A stretch of DNA of 64,000 nucleotides from Candidatus Omnitrophota bacterium (GTDB taxonomy: Bacteria > Omnitrophota > Gorgyraeia > Gygaellales > Gygaellaceae): positions 134,815 to 198,814 of the forward strand of contig JAGYNB010000001.1 of NCBI GenBank assembly GCA_018400015.1, read 5' to 3'. The position numbers were made by a program, and so were the translations under genes. Each line of letters begins with the position of its first letter. Within the stretch, counting starts at the first letter, position 1. The notes under the pieces were generated by a model. It saw only the letters and a program-made list of their open reading frames with translations. It searched no databases and was not told the origin of the DNA. Shown one piece after another: positions 54,537 through 64,000 of this stretch.

Positions 54537-56276
54537 ATGGAAAAACTAAAAGGGATACCGGCAGCACCGGGAATCAGTATTGGATCTGCGCATTTAGTGG
54601 GAAAAGAGGAGTTTAATGTTGCTCCTTATAAAATAAGATTACAGGATGTTCCTGTCCAAATTCAGCTATTTGAAGATGCTTTAATAAAGACAAGAAAAGA
54701 AATCGTTGAGTTGCAGAAAAAGATTTCTAAGGATTTAGGTAGAGACGAGGCTGAGATTTTTGATGCCCACCTGCTTGTATTAGAAGATAGAATTCTGATT
54801 GAGGAAGTAATACTGCAGCTTAAGAAAGAACATTTCAATGTTGCGTATATTTTTCAGGAAGTTATTAAAAAATATATTCGTGTTTTTTCGCGTATTGAGG
54901 ACGAATATTTAAAAGAAAGGATATCCGATATTAACGATGTCGGCCGGCGCGTTATCAGAAATCTTTTGGGCGAAAAAGGTATCTCTGTGCAGAACAAAAA
55001 AGAGCAATTTATTGTTGTAGCGCATGATTTATCTCCATCTGATACAGCCGCAATGCATAAAAACAAGATTTTGGGTTTTATAACCGATATTGGCAGTAAA
55101 ACATCGCATACGGCAATTATGGCCAAATCGCTGGAGATTCCTTCTGTTGTGGGTTTAGAGATTGCTACATCAAAAATAAAAAACGACGATCAGTTAATTA
55201 TTGATGGTTTTTCAGGGCTTGTAATATTAAATCCCGATAAGGATACTTTAAAAATTTACAAAAAGAAAGAAGAGCAGGTTAAAAAGATAACTAAAAAGTT
55301 TATTTCTTTGAAGTCTTTGCCTGCAAAAACTACAGATGATAAACGGGTTAGGGTTATGGCGAATATTGAGCTTCCGGAAGATATTCCTTCTGTTGTTCAG
55401 CATGGGGCCGAAGGTATAGGCCTTTACAGAACGGAATACTTTTATATGAACAGGACTACACTTCCGACTGAAAACGAACAGTTTGAAGCTTACAAGTTTG
55501 TCGCTCAAGCAATAAGTCCTCATCCGATTGTTATAAGAACGTTGGATTTAGGAGGAGACAAGTTTTTGTCTCATTTGGAGGTCCCCAGAGAAATGTCTCC
55601 GTTTTTGGGATGGCGTGCAATACGCTTTTGCCTTGCTCAGCCGGATATGTTTAAGGCGCAATTAAGGGCAATTCTTAGAGCGTCTAAATTCGGTAAATTA
55701 AAGCTTATGTATCCGATGATCTCTGGAGTTGATGAGTTAAGACAGGCAAATAAGATGCTTTCAGAATGTAAAGCGGAATTAAGGAAAAAACATGTTGATT
55801 TTGATGAGGAGTTAGAAGTTGGGGTAATGATTGAAGTTCCTTCTGCTGCTATGACAGCAGATTTGCTGGCTAAAGAAGCAGATTTTTTCAGTATTGGAAC
55901 AAATGATCTCATCCAGTATTCCTTAGCAGTTGACAGAACCAATGAAAAAGTTGCCTATCTTTATGAGCCGGCACATCCAGCGGTTTTAAGGATGATTAAA
56001 AAAGTAATTGATGATGGGCATAATGCTGGCATTTGGGTTGGTATGTGTGGTGAGATGGCAGGAGATCCTTGTTTTTCACTTTTATTGCTGGGATTGGGTT
56101 TGGATGAATTTAGTATGCCTCCTGCAGTAGTGCCGCAGATAAAGCAGGTTGTGAGGACTTTTAGTTTTGCTGATGCGCAGAATATAGCTATAGGAGCGAT
56201 GAAACTTTCCACGGCAAAAGAGGTGGAAGAATTTACTAAGAAGTTTATTGAAAAGACGGAATTTCAGATTCTTTAA
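54537..56276 (+). CDS. ptsI: Phosphoenolpyruvate-protein phosphotransferase (Enzyme I)
   Basis: His-domain motif GSKTSHTAIMAKSLEIPSVVG and PEP-utilising TIM barrel motifs (GLYRTEY, IGTNDLIQY, the Cys in GMCGEMAG). Confidence 0.9.
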   Translation: MEKLKGIPAAPGISIGSAHLVGKEEFNVAPYKIRLQDVPVQIQLFEDALIKTRKEIVELQKKISKDLGRDEAEIFDAHLLVLEDRILIEEVILQLKKEHFNVAYIFQEVIKKYIRVFSRIEDEYLKERISDINDVGRRVIRNLLGEKGISVQNKKEQFIVVAHDLSPSDTAAMHKNKILGFITDIGSKTSHTAIMAKSLEIPSVVGLEIATSKIKNDDQLIIDGFSGLVILNPDKDTLKIYKKKEEQVKKITKKFISLKSLPAKTTDDKRVRVMANIELPEDIPSVVQHGAEGIGLYRTEYFYMNRTTLPTENEQFEAYKFVAQAISPHPIVIRTLDLGGDKFLSHLEVPREMSPFLGWRAIRFCLAQPDMFKAQLRAILRASKFGKLKLMYPMISGVDELRQANKMLSECKAELRKKHVDFDEELEVGVMIEVPSAAMTADLLAKEADFFSIGTNDLIQYSLAVDRTNEKVAYLYEPAHPAVLRMIKKVIDDGHNAGIWVGMCGEMAGDPCFSLLLLGLGLDEFSMPPAVVPQIKQVVRTFSFADAQNIAIGAMKLSTAKEVEEFTKKFIEKTEFQIL

Positions 56277-57035
56277 ATGAAAGCATTATTGCTCGCTGCT
56301 GGTTACGGTACAAGGCTTTATCCTTTGACGGAAAAAATTCCTAAGCCTCTTCTTCCGGTTGCCGGAAGACCGATAATCGATTATTTAGTTGAGCAGATTT
56401 ATAAAGCGGATCATATAAATGAATTATTTGTTGTGTCTAATGATAAATTTTTCGATGATTTTCGCATCTGGCAGAGCAGCGCAAGAAAAAAACACAGGGG
56501 TTTAAAAATCTCCATTGTCAATGACGGTACAAAGTCTCCCGCAGAGCGCCTGGGTGCTATTGGTGATGTGCGGTTTGTAATTGACAAGAAGAAAATAAAA
56601 GATGATCTTTTGATTGTGGGAGGAGATAACATCTTTGATTATAATTTAAAGAAGTTCATTTTAAAAGCAAAACAAAAAAGATCTATCAGTCTTGGCGTGC
56701 ATGATGTTGGGGAAAAGAAGATTGCTGTTCACTATGGGGTGGTAAGTTTTAACGCTAAGAAAGTTTTGAGTGAGTTTCAGGAAAAGCCAAAACGGCCCAA
56801 GACCACATTGGCTGCAATGTGTCTTTATTATTTTCCTAAAGAAAAATTAAAAGATATCACTTTATACCTTAATCAACCTCATGACCGTAAAGACGCAATC
56901 GGTGATTACTTTAACTGGTTGCATCAAATTGAAGATATTTACGTTTATGAGTTCAAAGGAAAGTGGTTTGATGTGGGAAACCACGATTCATATAATCGAG
57001 CAGAAAAGTATTTTAGGGAAAAATATAAATCATAG
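56277..57035 (+). CDS. Sugar-phosphate nucleotidyltransferase (NTP_transferase family, G1P thymidylyl/uridylyltransferase-like)
   Basis: N-terminal LLAAGYGTRLYPLTEKIPKPLLPV signature. Confidence 0.7.
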   Translation: MKALLLAAGYGTRLYPLTEKIPKPLLPVAGRPIIDYLVEQIYKADHINELFVVSNDKFFDDFRIWQSSARKKHRGLKISIVNDGTKSPAERLGAIGDVRFVIDKKKIKDDLLIVGGDNIFDYNLKKFILKAKQKRSISLGVHDVGEKKIAVHYGVVSFNAKKVLSEFQEKPKRPKTTLAAMCLYYFPKEKLKDITLYLNQPHDRKDAIGDYFNWLHQIEDIYVYEFKGKWFDVGNHDSYNRAEKYFREKYKS

Positions 57036-57051
57036 TTAACAAGGAGAAGGT

Positions 57052-58221
57052 ATGACGTACAAAAAACATTTTTTTACATCTGAGTCAGTAGGGGAAGGGC
57101 ATCCGGATAAGGTTTGCGATCAGATTTCCGATGCAGTGTTAGATGAAGTTTTAAAAAATGACCCTTATGGTCGTGTTGCCTGTGAAACTTACGTTACCAT
57201 GGGACTATTGATTGTCGGAGGAGAAATTACCACTACAACTTATATAGATGTTCATAAAATTACCAGGGAACTATTAAAGAAAATCGGTTACAACCATCCT
57301 AAATACGGTTTTGATTACCATACCTGCGCGATAGTCAATACCATACACACCCAGTCTCCTGATATCGCTCAAGGCGTGGATAAAGGCGGTGCTGGTGACC
57401 AGGGGCTTATGGTTGGCTATGCCTGTCGTGAGACAGAAGAGCTTATGCCGCTTGCGATAATGCTTTCGCATAAGCTGGTAAAAAAAGTTGCCGATGTAAG
57501 AAGAAGCGGAGTTTTGAAATACTTAGGGCCGGATTGTAAGTCTCAGGTTACGGTAGAATATCATGATGGTAAGCCAAAGCGCGTTGATTCTGTTGTTTTG
57601 GCCTGTCAGCATACAACTGAAATTCTTGATTCTACTAAAGAACAAATAACGAAAAAGGCAAAACGGGAGATAATCGAACATATCGCAAAACCAATAGTAA
57701 AAGATTATGTGGATAAAAATACCAAGTATTATATAAATGAGACTGGAAAATTCGTTGTCGGTGGTCCGCAGTCAGATACGGGTATGACCGGGAGGAAAAT
57801 AGTGGTTGATACTTATGGAGGTTCAGCTGCTCCTGGTGGTGGAGCTTTTTCCGGAAAAGATCCGACCAAGGTAGACAGGTCAGCCGCTTACATGGCTAGA
57901 TACATTGCCAAAAATCTGGTTGCCGCTCACTTAGCAGATAAGTGTCTTGTACAGCTTGCCTATGTAATAGGTAAAGCAGAGCCATTATCAGTCATGATTG
58001 ATACTTATGGGACAAGCAAACTAAGCGAAGAAAAGCTGGTAAAGCTGGTAAGGGATAATTTTGAACTCACGCCCAAGGGTATGATAAAGTCTCTTAATTT
58101 GCTTCGCCCGATTTATGAGAAGACTGCCTGCTATGGTCATTTCGGCAGGACAGAACCGGAGTTCAGCTGGGAAAATACGAATAAGGCAAGCACATTAAGA
58201 AAACAGGCGTCTAAATTATAA
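57052..58221 (+). CDS. metK: S-adenosylmethionine synthetase
   Basis: Motifs [24 protein letters not shown], and the [19 protein letters not shown] loop. Confidence 0.95.
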   Translation: MTYKKHFFTSESVGEGHPDKVCDQISDAVLDEVLKNDPYGRVACETYVTMGLLIVGGEITTTTYIDVHKITRELLKKIGYNHPKYGFDYHTCAIVNTIHTQSPDIAQGVDKGGAGDQGLMVGYACRETEELMPLAIMLSHKLVKKVADVRRSGVLKYLGPDCKSQVTVEYHDGKPKRVDSVVLACQHTTEILDSTKEQITKKAKREIIEHIAKPIVKDYVDKNTKYYINETGKFVVGGPQSDTGMTGRKIVVDTYGGSAAPGGGAFSGKDPTKVDRSAAYMARYIAKNLVAAHLADKCLVQLAYVIGKAEPLSVMIDTYGTSKLSEEKLVKLVRDNFELTPKGMIKSLNLLRPIYEKTACYGHFGRTEPEFSWENTNKASTLRKQASKL

Positions 58222-58247
58222 ATAAACGAACAAGGAGAAGACCTAAG

Positions 58248-59504
58248 ATGAATTTTGACATAAAAGATATATCTTTAGCTAAGAAGGGGAAATTGCGTAT
58301 TGAATGGGCAAGCAATAATATGCCTGTGTTGGCTTTGATAAGAAAGCGTTTTGCAAAAGAAAAACCTTTAAAAGGTATAAAGCTTGCAGCGTGTCTACAC
58401 GTTACTACAGAGACCGGTGTTTTAGCGCAAACTTTAAAAGCAGGCGGGGCGCAAGTTTTTGTTTGTGCATCGAACCCGTTATCCACTCAAGATGATGTGG
58501 CTGCCAGTCTTGTAAAGGACGATAAAATTCCTGTGTTTTCGATTAAAGGCGAAGATACAAAAACTTATTATAGCCATATAAAATCAGTATTGGAAGTAAA
58601 GCCTGATATAACCATGGATGACGGCGCGGATTTAGTCAGTGTTGTCCATAAAAAAGATGAAAAAGTCCACGCCAATATTATGGGCGGCACAGAAGAAACT
58701 ACAACAGGTGTAATAAGATTACGTGCGTTAGCTAAAGAAAACAGGCTGCGTTATCCGATTGTTGCAGTAAATGACGCGTTGACCAAGCATTTGTTTGATA
58801 ACCGCTACGGTACGGGTCAGTCAACTATGGATGGTATAGTGAGAGCAACCAATAAACTAATTGCAGGCACAAAAGTAGTTGTCTGCGGTTATGGCTGGTG
58901 CGGTAGAGGTGTTGCGTTAAGAGCTAAAGGCATGGCAGCGCATGTAATTGTCGCTGAAGTTGATCCTTTAAGGGCCTTAGAAGCTACTATGGACGGGTAT
59001 GAAGTAATGAGTTTAAAAAAAGCTGCTCGCATAGGAGATATTTTTATTACTGTTACAGGCGATGCCAGCGTTATTAGAAAAGAGCATTTTAGTCTGATGA
59101 AAGACGGCGCAATTGTTGCCAATGCAGGGCATTTTAATGTGGAAATTGATATTCCCGCGCTTGGTAAGATGACTAAAACCAAAAGAATGATCAGGGACTT
59201 TGTCATGGAGTATAATCTAAAAGACAAACGCCGTATATATATTTTAGGCGAAGGCAGGCTTATTAATTTAGCAGCAGCTGAAGGGCATCCGGCACAGGTT
59301 ATGGATATGTCTTTTGCCAACCAGGCTCTTGGAGCCGAATATATTTTAAAAAACCATAAAAAAATGAAACAGTCGGTTTATAAGGTACCTGAAGCGATTG
59401 ACAGTAGAATTGCTTTTTTAAAGCTGAGATCTATGGGGATTAATATAGATACTTTAACTAAAGAACAGAAGAAATACCTTTCCAGTTGGGAGATTGGAAC
59501 ATAA
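58248..59504 (+). CDS. ahcY: Adenosylhomocysteinase
   Basis: Motifs [16 protein letters not shown], the NAD-binding GYGWCGRG, and about 418 aa. Confidence 0.95.
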   Translation: MNFDIKDISLAKKGKLRIEWASNNMPVLALIRKRFAKEKPLKGIKLAACLHVTTETGVLAQTLKAGGAQVFVCASNPLSTQDDVAASLVKDDKIPVFSIKGEDTKTYYSHIKSVLEVKPDITMDDGADLVSVVHKKDEKVHANIMGGTEETTTGVIRLRALAKENRLRYPIVAVNDALTKHLFDNRYGTGQSTMDGIVRATNKLIAGTKVVVCGYGWCGRGVALRAKGMAAHVIVAEVDPLRALEATMDGYEVMSLKKAARIGDIFITVTGDASVIRKEHFSLMKDGAIVANAGHFNVEIDIPALGKMTKTKRMIRDFVMEYNLKDKRRIYILGEGRLINLAAAEGHPAQVMDMSFANQALGAEYILKNHKKMKQSVYKVPEAIDSRIAFLKLRSMGINIDTLTKEQKKYLSSWEIGT

Positions 59505-60470
59505 ATGTCGATAAAAAAAATTGCAGTTTTAACTTCCGGTGGAGACGCTCCGGGTATGAATGCTGCTATAAGGGCAGTGGTGCGTTTTGCAGAACATAGT
59601 AAAATTCAGGTTATGGGCGTTTTCCGTGGCTATGAAGGATTGATTCAGGAAGATTTAAAGCTGTTAAACCACAGGTCTGTTTCCAATATCATTAATCGCG
59701 GCGGGACAATTCTTAAGACCGCAAGAAGCGAAGAGTTTTTAACTGAAGATGGTCAGAAAAAAGCAGTCAAGGTTATAAAGGAAAATAATATTGAAGGACT
59801 TGTTTTAATTGGCGGTAACGGTACTTATCGTGGAGCGATAGAATTAAGCAAGCGATGGAATATTCCTTGTATTGGCGTACCAGGTACAATAGACAATGAT
59901 ATAAACGGTACAGATTCAACTATTGGTTCAGATACGGCAGTAAATACCGCGCTCGAAGCAATAGATAAAATCCGTGATACGGCAACGAGCATGGAAAGAA
60001 TTTTTGTGGTTGAGGTGATGGGAAGAGATTCCGGTTTTATCGCTCTTAGTTCAGCCTTAGGCGGCGGTGCAGAAGAAGTAGCTTTGCCGGAAGCGGAATT
60101 TGATTTAGATGATATGTATCAGGAGATCGTTGAGGGTAATATTCGGGGTAAAATCAGTTGGATTGTTGTTGTTGCCGAAGGTGCAGGTAAAGCGCAAGAT
60201 ATTGCAAAAAAGATTACAGATGTTACCGGTCTTGAGGTTAGAGTTGTTGTTTTAGGCCATGTCCAGCGCGGCGGTATTCCTACTGCGCGCGATAGAATTC
60301 TGGCAACACGACTAGGAGTAAAGGCAGTTGAACTTTTGATGCAGGGAGAGGGATCAAAGGCAGTTGGCGTTATATCAAACGAAATAAATATTGTTGATTT
60401 GGAATTTGCAATAACGAAAAAAGAAATAAATATCGAGAGTTTGTATAAACTTGTAAAGATTGTAACTTAA
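59505..60470 (+). CDS. pfkA: ATP-dependent 6-phosphofructokinase
   Basis: Motifs LTSGGDAPGMNAAIRAVV, GGNGT, and MGR. Confidence 0.9.
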   Translation: MSIKKIAVLTSGGDAPGMNAAIRAVVRFAEHSKIQVMGVFRGYEGLIQEDLKLLNHRSVSNIINRGGTILKTARSEEFLTEDGQKKAVKVIKENNIEGLVLIGGNGTYRGAIELSKRWNIPCIGVPGTIDNDINGTDSTIGSDTAVNTALEAIDKIRDTATSMERIFVVEVMGRDSGFIALSSALGGGAEEVALPEAEFDLDDMYQEIVEGNIRGKISWIVVVAEGAGKAQDIAKKITDVTGLEVRVVVLGHVQRGGIPTARDRILATRLGVKAVELLMQGEGSKAVGVISNEINIVDLEFAITKKEINIESLYKLVKIVT

Positions 60471-60493
60471 ACTTATGAAAGGAGTGTTGTCTT

Positions 60494-61819
60494 ATGGGTA
60501 GAAAGCCGCTTGATATGACAAAATTAGTAAAGAATTTGGTGGATACTGACGATATTAACGAAAAGAAAAGAATTTCCAAAAAAATAAAAGATATTGCTTA
60601 TAAAAATGGTGTATATCCTGCAAGCATACATGATTTTTATATAGCAAGAGGAAGAAAAGAGTATGAAGGTTTTACTGTTCCGGCAGTAAATATAAGAAGT
60701 TTAACATATGATTTGGCCCGAGCGATGTTTAGAGTCGCAAAAAGAAATAATTCCGCAGCGTTTATATTTGAGATCGCAAAGTCGGAAATGGGTTATACTG
60801 CTCAGCCGCCGGTTGAATATTCCGCTGTTATTTTAGCTGCTGCTGTTAAAGAGGGTTATGAGGGGCCTGTATTTATCCAGGGAGACCACTTCCAGGCAAA
60901 TGCCAAAAAGTATCAGGAAGATTCAGAGAAAGAAATCGAAGTCCTGAAAGCATTGATACAAGATTCTATCAACAACGGTTTTTATAATATTGATATTGAT
61001 TCATCAACCTTAGTTGATTTATCAAAATCAAGCATTAAAAAACAACAGTTTGCAAATTATGAAGTCTGTGCAAAGCTTACGCAGTTTATTAGACGTATTC
61101 AGCCTAGAGGAATTAACGTGTCCGTAGGCGGTGAAATCGGTGAAGTGGGACAGAAAAACTCAACACCTGAAGATTTGCGCGCTTTTATGGAAGGTTTTAA
61201 TGAGCGCTTAAGAAAAGGTCTTACAGGGATAAGTAAGATTTCCGTACAGACCGGAACTTCTCATGGCGGTGTTGTTTTACCTGATGGTTCCATTGCCCAA
61301 GTTAAGCTTGATTTCGAGACTCTTAAAAATCTATCTGAAATTGCCAGAAACGAATTCGGCATGGCCGGAGCAGTTCAACATGGCGCATCGACTTTACCGG
61401 AAGATGCATTCCATAAGTTCGCGGAGTGTGAAGCTGCAGAAGTGCATTTGGCGACTCATTTTCAGAATATGATTTTCGACAGCAAGCATTTTCCAGAACA
61501 GTTGAGAAATAAAATATATGCCTGGATAAAGGAAAATTTGGCTTCAGAAAATAAAGAGGGACAGACTGAAGAGCAGTTTATTTACAAGACTCGTAAGAAA
61601 GCTTTGGGGCCGTTTAAAAAAGAAATCATGGCTCTTGACGAATCAGTGAGGGATGCTATCAGCAAAGAAATTGAGACTAAGTTCGAATTCTTGTTTAAGA
61701 AACTCAATACAGTAAATAATGCTGATTTGGTAAAAAAATACACTACTTTAAAGCGTGTGATTAGTAGAAAGCAAGATCATGGAACTGAGATCGTTCACGA
61801 CGGTGAAGGTGATGATTAA
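60494..61819 (+). CDS. Class II (metal-dependent) fructose/ketose-bisphosphate aldolase family protein, long form
   Basis: Class II FBA motifs VPAVNI, GDHF, the Zn-His loops TGTSHGGV and AVQHGAST, and placement next to pfkA. It is 441 aa, longer than typical FbaA. Confidence 0.65.
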   Translation: MGRKPLDMTKLVKNLVDTDDINEKKRISKKIKDIAYKNGVYPASIHDFYIARGRKEYEGFTVPAVNIRSLTYDLARAMFRVAKRNNSAAFIFEIAKSEMGYTAQPPVEYSAVILAAAVKEGYEGPVFIQGDHFQANAKKYQEDSEKEIEVLKALIQDSINNGFYNIDIDSSTLVDLSKSSIKKQQFANYEVCAKLTQFIRRIQPRGINVSVGGEIGEVGQKNSTPEDLRAFMEGFNERLRKGLTGISKISVQTGTSHGGVVLPDGSIAQVKLDFETLKNLSEIARNEFGMAGAVQHGASTLPEDAFHKFAECEAAEVHLATHFQNMIFDSKHFPEQLRNKIYAWIKENLASENKEGQTEEQFIYKTRKKALGPFKKEIMALDESVRDAISKEIETKFEFLFKKLNTVNNADLVKKYTTLKRVISRKQDHGTEIVHDGEGDD

Positions 61820-61883
61820 AAAGCACTGTAAAAATTTATATATAATGATATAATTTAAGTTAAGTAAATAAAAGGTAAATATT

Positions 61884-63548
61884 ATGAATGGTTCAGAGAT
61901 TTTGCTAGAGTGTTTAAAAAGAGAAGGCGTTGAAGTGATATTCGGTTATCCAGGAGGTTCTGTTTTGCCTCTTTTTGATAAATTATATGAATCGGATATC
62001 AGGTTTATTTTAACGCGGCATGAACAGGGTGCAGCGCATGCAGCAGACGGTTATGCACGTGCAACCGGTAAGGTGGGGGTTTGTATTGCTACATCAGGAC
62101 CTGGTGCAACTAATTTGGTTACAGGTATAGCCACAGCACATATGGATTCTATTCCCATGATAGCGATAACCGGACAGGTAAAGACTTTTCTAATCGGTAA
62201 TGATGCTTTTCAGGAAGCGGATCTTACTGGTATAACACGTTCAATAACAAAACATAATTATCTGGTTAAAGATACAAAGGAATTGGCCAGTACTATCCGA
62301 GAAGCTTTTCATATTGCTTCAACCGGAAGGCCGGGTCCGGTTTTGATTGATATTCCTGTGGACGTGCAAATTGGAGAATCTGATTTTATTTGGCCGGAAG
62401 AAGTGAATATGAGAAGTTATCAGCCGACATTTTTTGGTCATCCTGGGCAGATTAAAAAGGCAGCTAGACTTATTTCAAAAGCCAAAAAGCCGGTTATTTA
62501 TGCCGGAGGCGGAATTATTATTTCCGGCGCAAGCCATGAATTGAAAACTTTTACCGAAAAACTTAAAGCCCCGTTGACATGGACGCTTATGGGAATCGGA
62601 GCGTTTCCTTCAGACCACGAGCTTTCTTTAGGGATGTTAGGGATGCATGGTACTGCCTATGCAAATCATGCGATTATGGAGTCAGATTTAATTATTGCCG
62701 TGGGAGCACGTTTCGATGACAGGGTTACGGGAAAAATCGATGAATTTGCGCCTCATGCAAAAATTATTCATATTGATATTGATCCGGCTTCAATCAGTAA
62801 AAATGTTAAAGTGGATATTCCAATCGTGGGAGATGCGAAAAATATTTTGGGGCAGCTTATTGAAGAGATAAAAACTCCTCCTAAGACGCTAGAATGGTTT
62901 AAAAGTATCGAGGCCTGGAAAAATAAACATCCAATGACTTATAAAGATAGTTCAAAGATAAAGCCTCAGTATGTTATTGAGCAGATCTATGAGGCAACTA
63001 ATGGGGAAGCGATAATCGCAACAGAAGTAGGACAAAATCAAATGTGGGCAGCGCAGTGGTATAATTATAAGTATCCGCGTACTTATATATCAAGCGGCGG
63101 ATTAGGCACTATGGGTTATGGTTTTCCTGCTGCAATGGGAGCTAAAGTTGGTTGCCCTGACAAAGAGGTGATTGATATAGCTGGTGACGGTTCAATTCAG
63201 ATGAATATTCAGGAACTCGCAACCTGTGTGTGCAATAAGATAAACGTCAAAATCGCAATCTTAAATAATGGTTATTTGGGCATGGTAAGACAATGGCAGG
63301 AATTGTTTTATAAGAAAAGATATTCTCATACCTGTATTTCCCATCCGGACTTTGTCAAACTTGCTGAGAGTTTTGGTGCTGTAGGTATATTAGTTGAGAA
63401 AAAAGAAGATGTGCGTCCGGCAATCGAAAAGTCGCTGAAGACTGATAATACAGTGCTGATTGATTTTAGAATTGACCCTGAGGAGAACGTGTTTCCTATG
63501 GTTCCTGCAGGACAAGCAATAAACAGAATGATAGGCGGTATGGCATAA
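61884..63548 (+). CDS. ilvB: Acetolactate synthase large (catalytic) subunit, ThDP-dependent
   Basis: ThDP-binding motif [14 protein letters not shown]…NNGYLGMV, N-terminal GYPGGSVLP, and about 554 aa. Confidence 0.9.
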   Translation: MNGSEILLECLKREGVEVIFGYPGGSVLPLFDKLYESDIRFILTRHEQGAAHAADGYARATGKVGVCIATSGPGATNLVTGIATAHMDSIPMIAITGQVKTFLIGNDAFQEADLTGITRSITKHNYLVKDTKELASTIREAFHIASTGRPGPVLIDIPVDVQIGESDFIWPEEVNMRSYQPTFFGHPGQIKKAARLISKAKKPVIYAGGGIIISGASHELKTFTEKLKAPLTWTLMGIGAFPSDHELSLGMLGMHGTAYANHAIMESDLIIAVGARFDDRVTGKIDEFAPHAKIIHIDIDPASISKNVKVDIPIVGDAKNILGQLIEEIKTPPKTLEWFKSIEAWKNKHPMTYKDSSKIKPQYVIEQIYEATNGEAIIATEVGQNQMWAAQWYNYKYPRTYISSGGLGTMGYGFPAAMGAKVGCPDKEVIDIAGDGSIQMNIQELATCVCNKINVKIAILNNGYLGMVRQWQELFYKKRYSHTCISHPDFVKLAESFGAVGILVEKKEDVRPAIEKSLKTDNTVLIDFRIDPEENVFPMVPAGQAINRMIGGMA

Positions 63549-64000
63549 TGAAACATACAATTTCAGCGTTGGTAGAAAATAAATTTGGTGTATTGGCGCG
63601 TATTTCCGGGCTTTTCAGTGCAAGAGGTTTTAACATAGATAGTCTTGCAGTAGGCGTAACCGAAGATCCGCAAGTATCGCGTATGACCATAGTGGTTAAT
63701 ACAAAAGACGAACGAATTCTAGAACAGATAAAGAAACAGCTTAATAAGCTGATCGATGTTATAACTGTAATTGATCTGACCAAAAGAGAATTTATTGGCA
63801 GGGAATTGGTTTTATTCAAGGTATCTTTGGATAAGATAAAAAAGACTAACTTGGCAAAGCTTATCAAGAGGGTTGAAGGCAAAATTATCAAAACAACCTC
63901 AAAAGAGGCAATTGTGGAACTTTCCGCCGAACAGGACGATATAAAAGAATTGTTTAATAAATTAAAAGATGCAGGTGTAAAGGAATTAACCCGCACAGGA
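63548..64000 (+). CDS. ilvN: Acetolactate synthase small (regulatory) subunit, partial (runs off the window end)
   Basis: ACT-domain N-terminus [36 protein letters not shown]. Overlaps the ilvB stop (ATAATGA). The ORF-track minus-strand ORF here (63496-63996) is the antisense shadow. Confidence 0.85.
   Translation, partial: MKHTISALVENKFGVLARISGLFSARGFNIDSLAVGVTEDPQVSRMTIVVNTKDERILEQIKKQLNKLIDVITVIDLTKREFIGRELVLFKVSLDKIKKTNLAKLIKRVEGKIIKTTSKEAIVELSAEQDDIKELFNKLKDAGVKELTRTG

Noticed and set aside
1-64000. Looked for CRISPR arrays, integrases or transposases, toxin-antitoxin pairs, and defence islands such as CBASS around the patatin gene
   Set aside because: There are no direct-repeat/spacer arrays and no recombinase or transposase motifs. 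The patatin gene has no nucleotidyltransferase/cyclase or other defence partner nearby and sits in a housekeeping context.

Overview
Low-GC (~35%) bacterial chromosomal window, densely coding and almost entirely on the + strand. LPS genes (lpxB, lpxL-family, msbA, hldD, lnt) indicate a didermic host, probably an uncultivated lineage. Most of the content is core housekeeping: prfB with its programmed +1 frameshift, secA, lnt, rpsB-tsf-pyrH-frr, a tRNA-Lys/Leu/Gly cluster, a ptsN-yvcK-ptsH-ptsI nitrogen-PTS block, metK-ahcY-pfkA-fba, and ilvB/ilvN. Two larger functional islands stand out. The first is a cobalamin-riboswitch-controlled btuB-btuF-btuC-btuD B12 uptake operon followed by cobO. The second is a contiguous tetrapyrrole block (sirC, hemA, hemC, cobA/hemD fusion, radical-SAM AhbC/D-like, hemB, AhbA/AhbB-like, hemL) that matches the siroheme-dependent alternative haem pathway. 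Less usual items: a UvrC that ends before the (HhH)2 domain and is overlapped by a 97-aa Ogt/MGMT-domain ORF across an A7/T6 homopolymer junction; two unannotated small, highly basic peptide genes with good expression signals (one built from 15-nt tandem repeats); a 1087-aa protein I cannot assign to a family; a PilZ protein paired with a 733-aa membrane-embedded spermidine-synthase-like protein; a REC + GAF-ANTAR pair next to a DUF1846 gene; and a YvcK with an N-terminal membrane extension. No CRISPR array, integrase, transposase or recognisable defence system was seen. All calls come from reading the translations and sequence by eye; no database searches were run.
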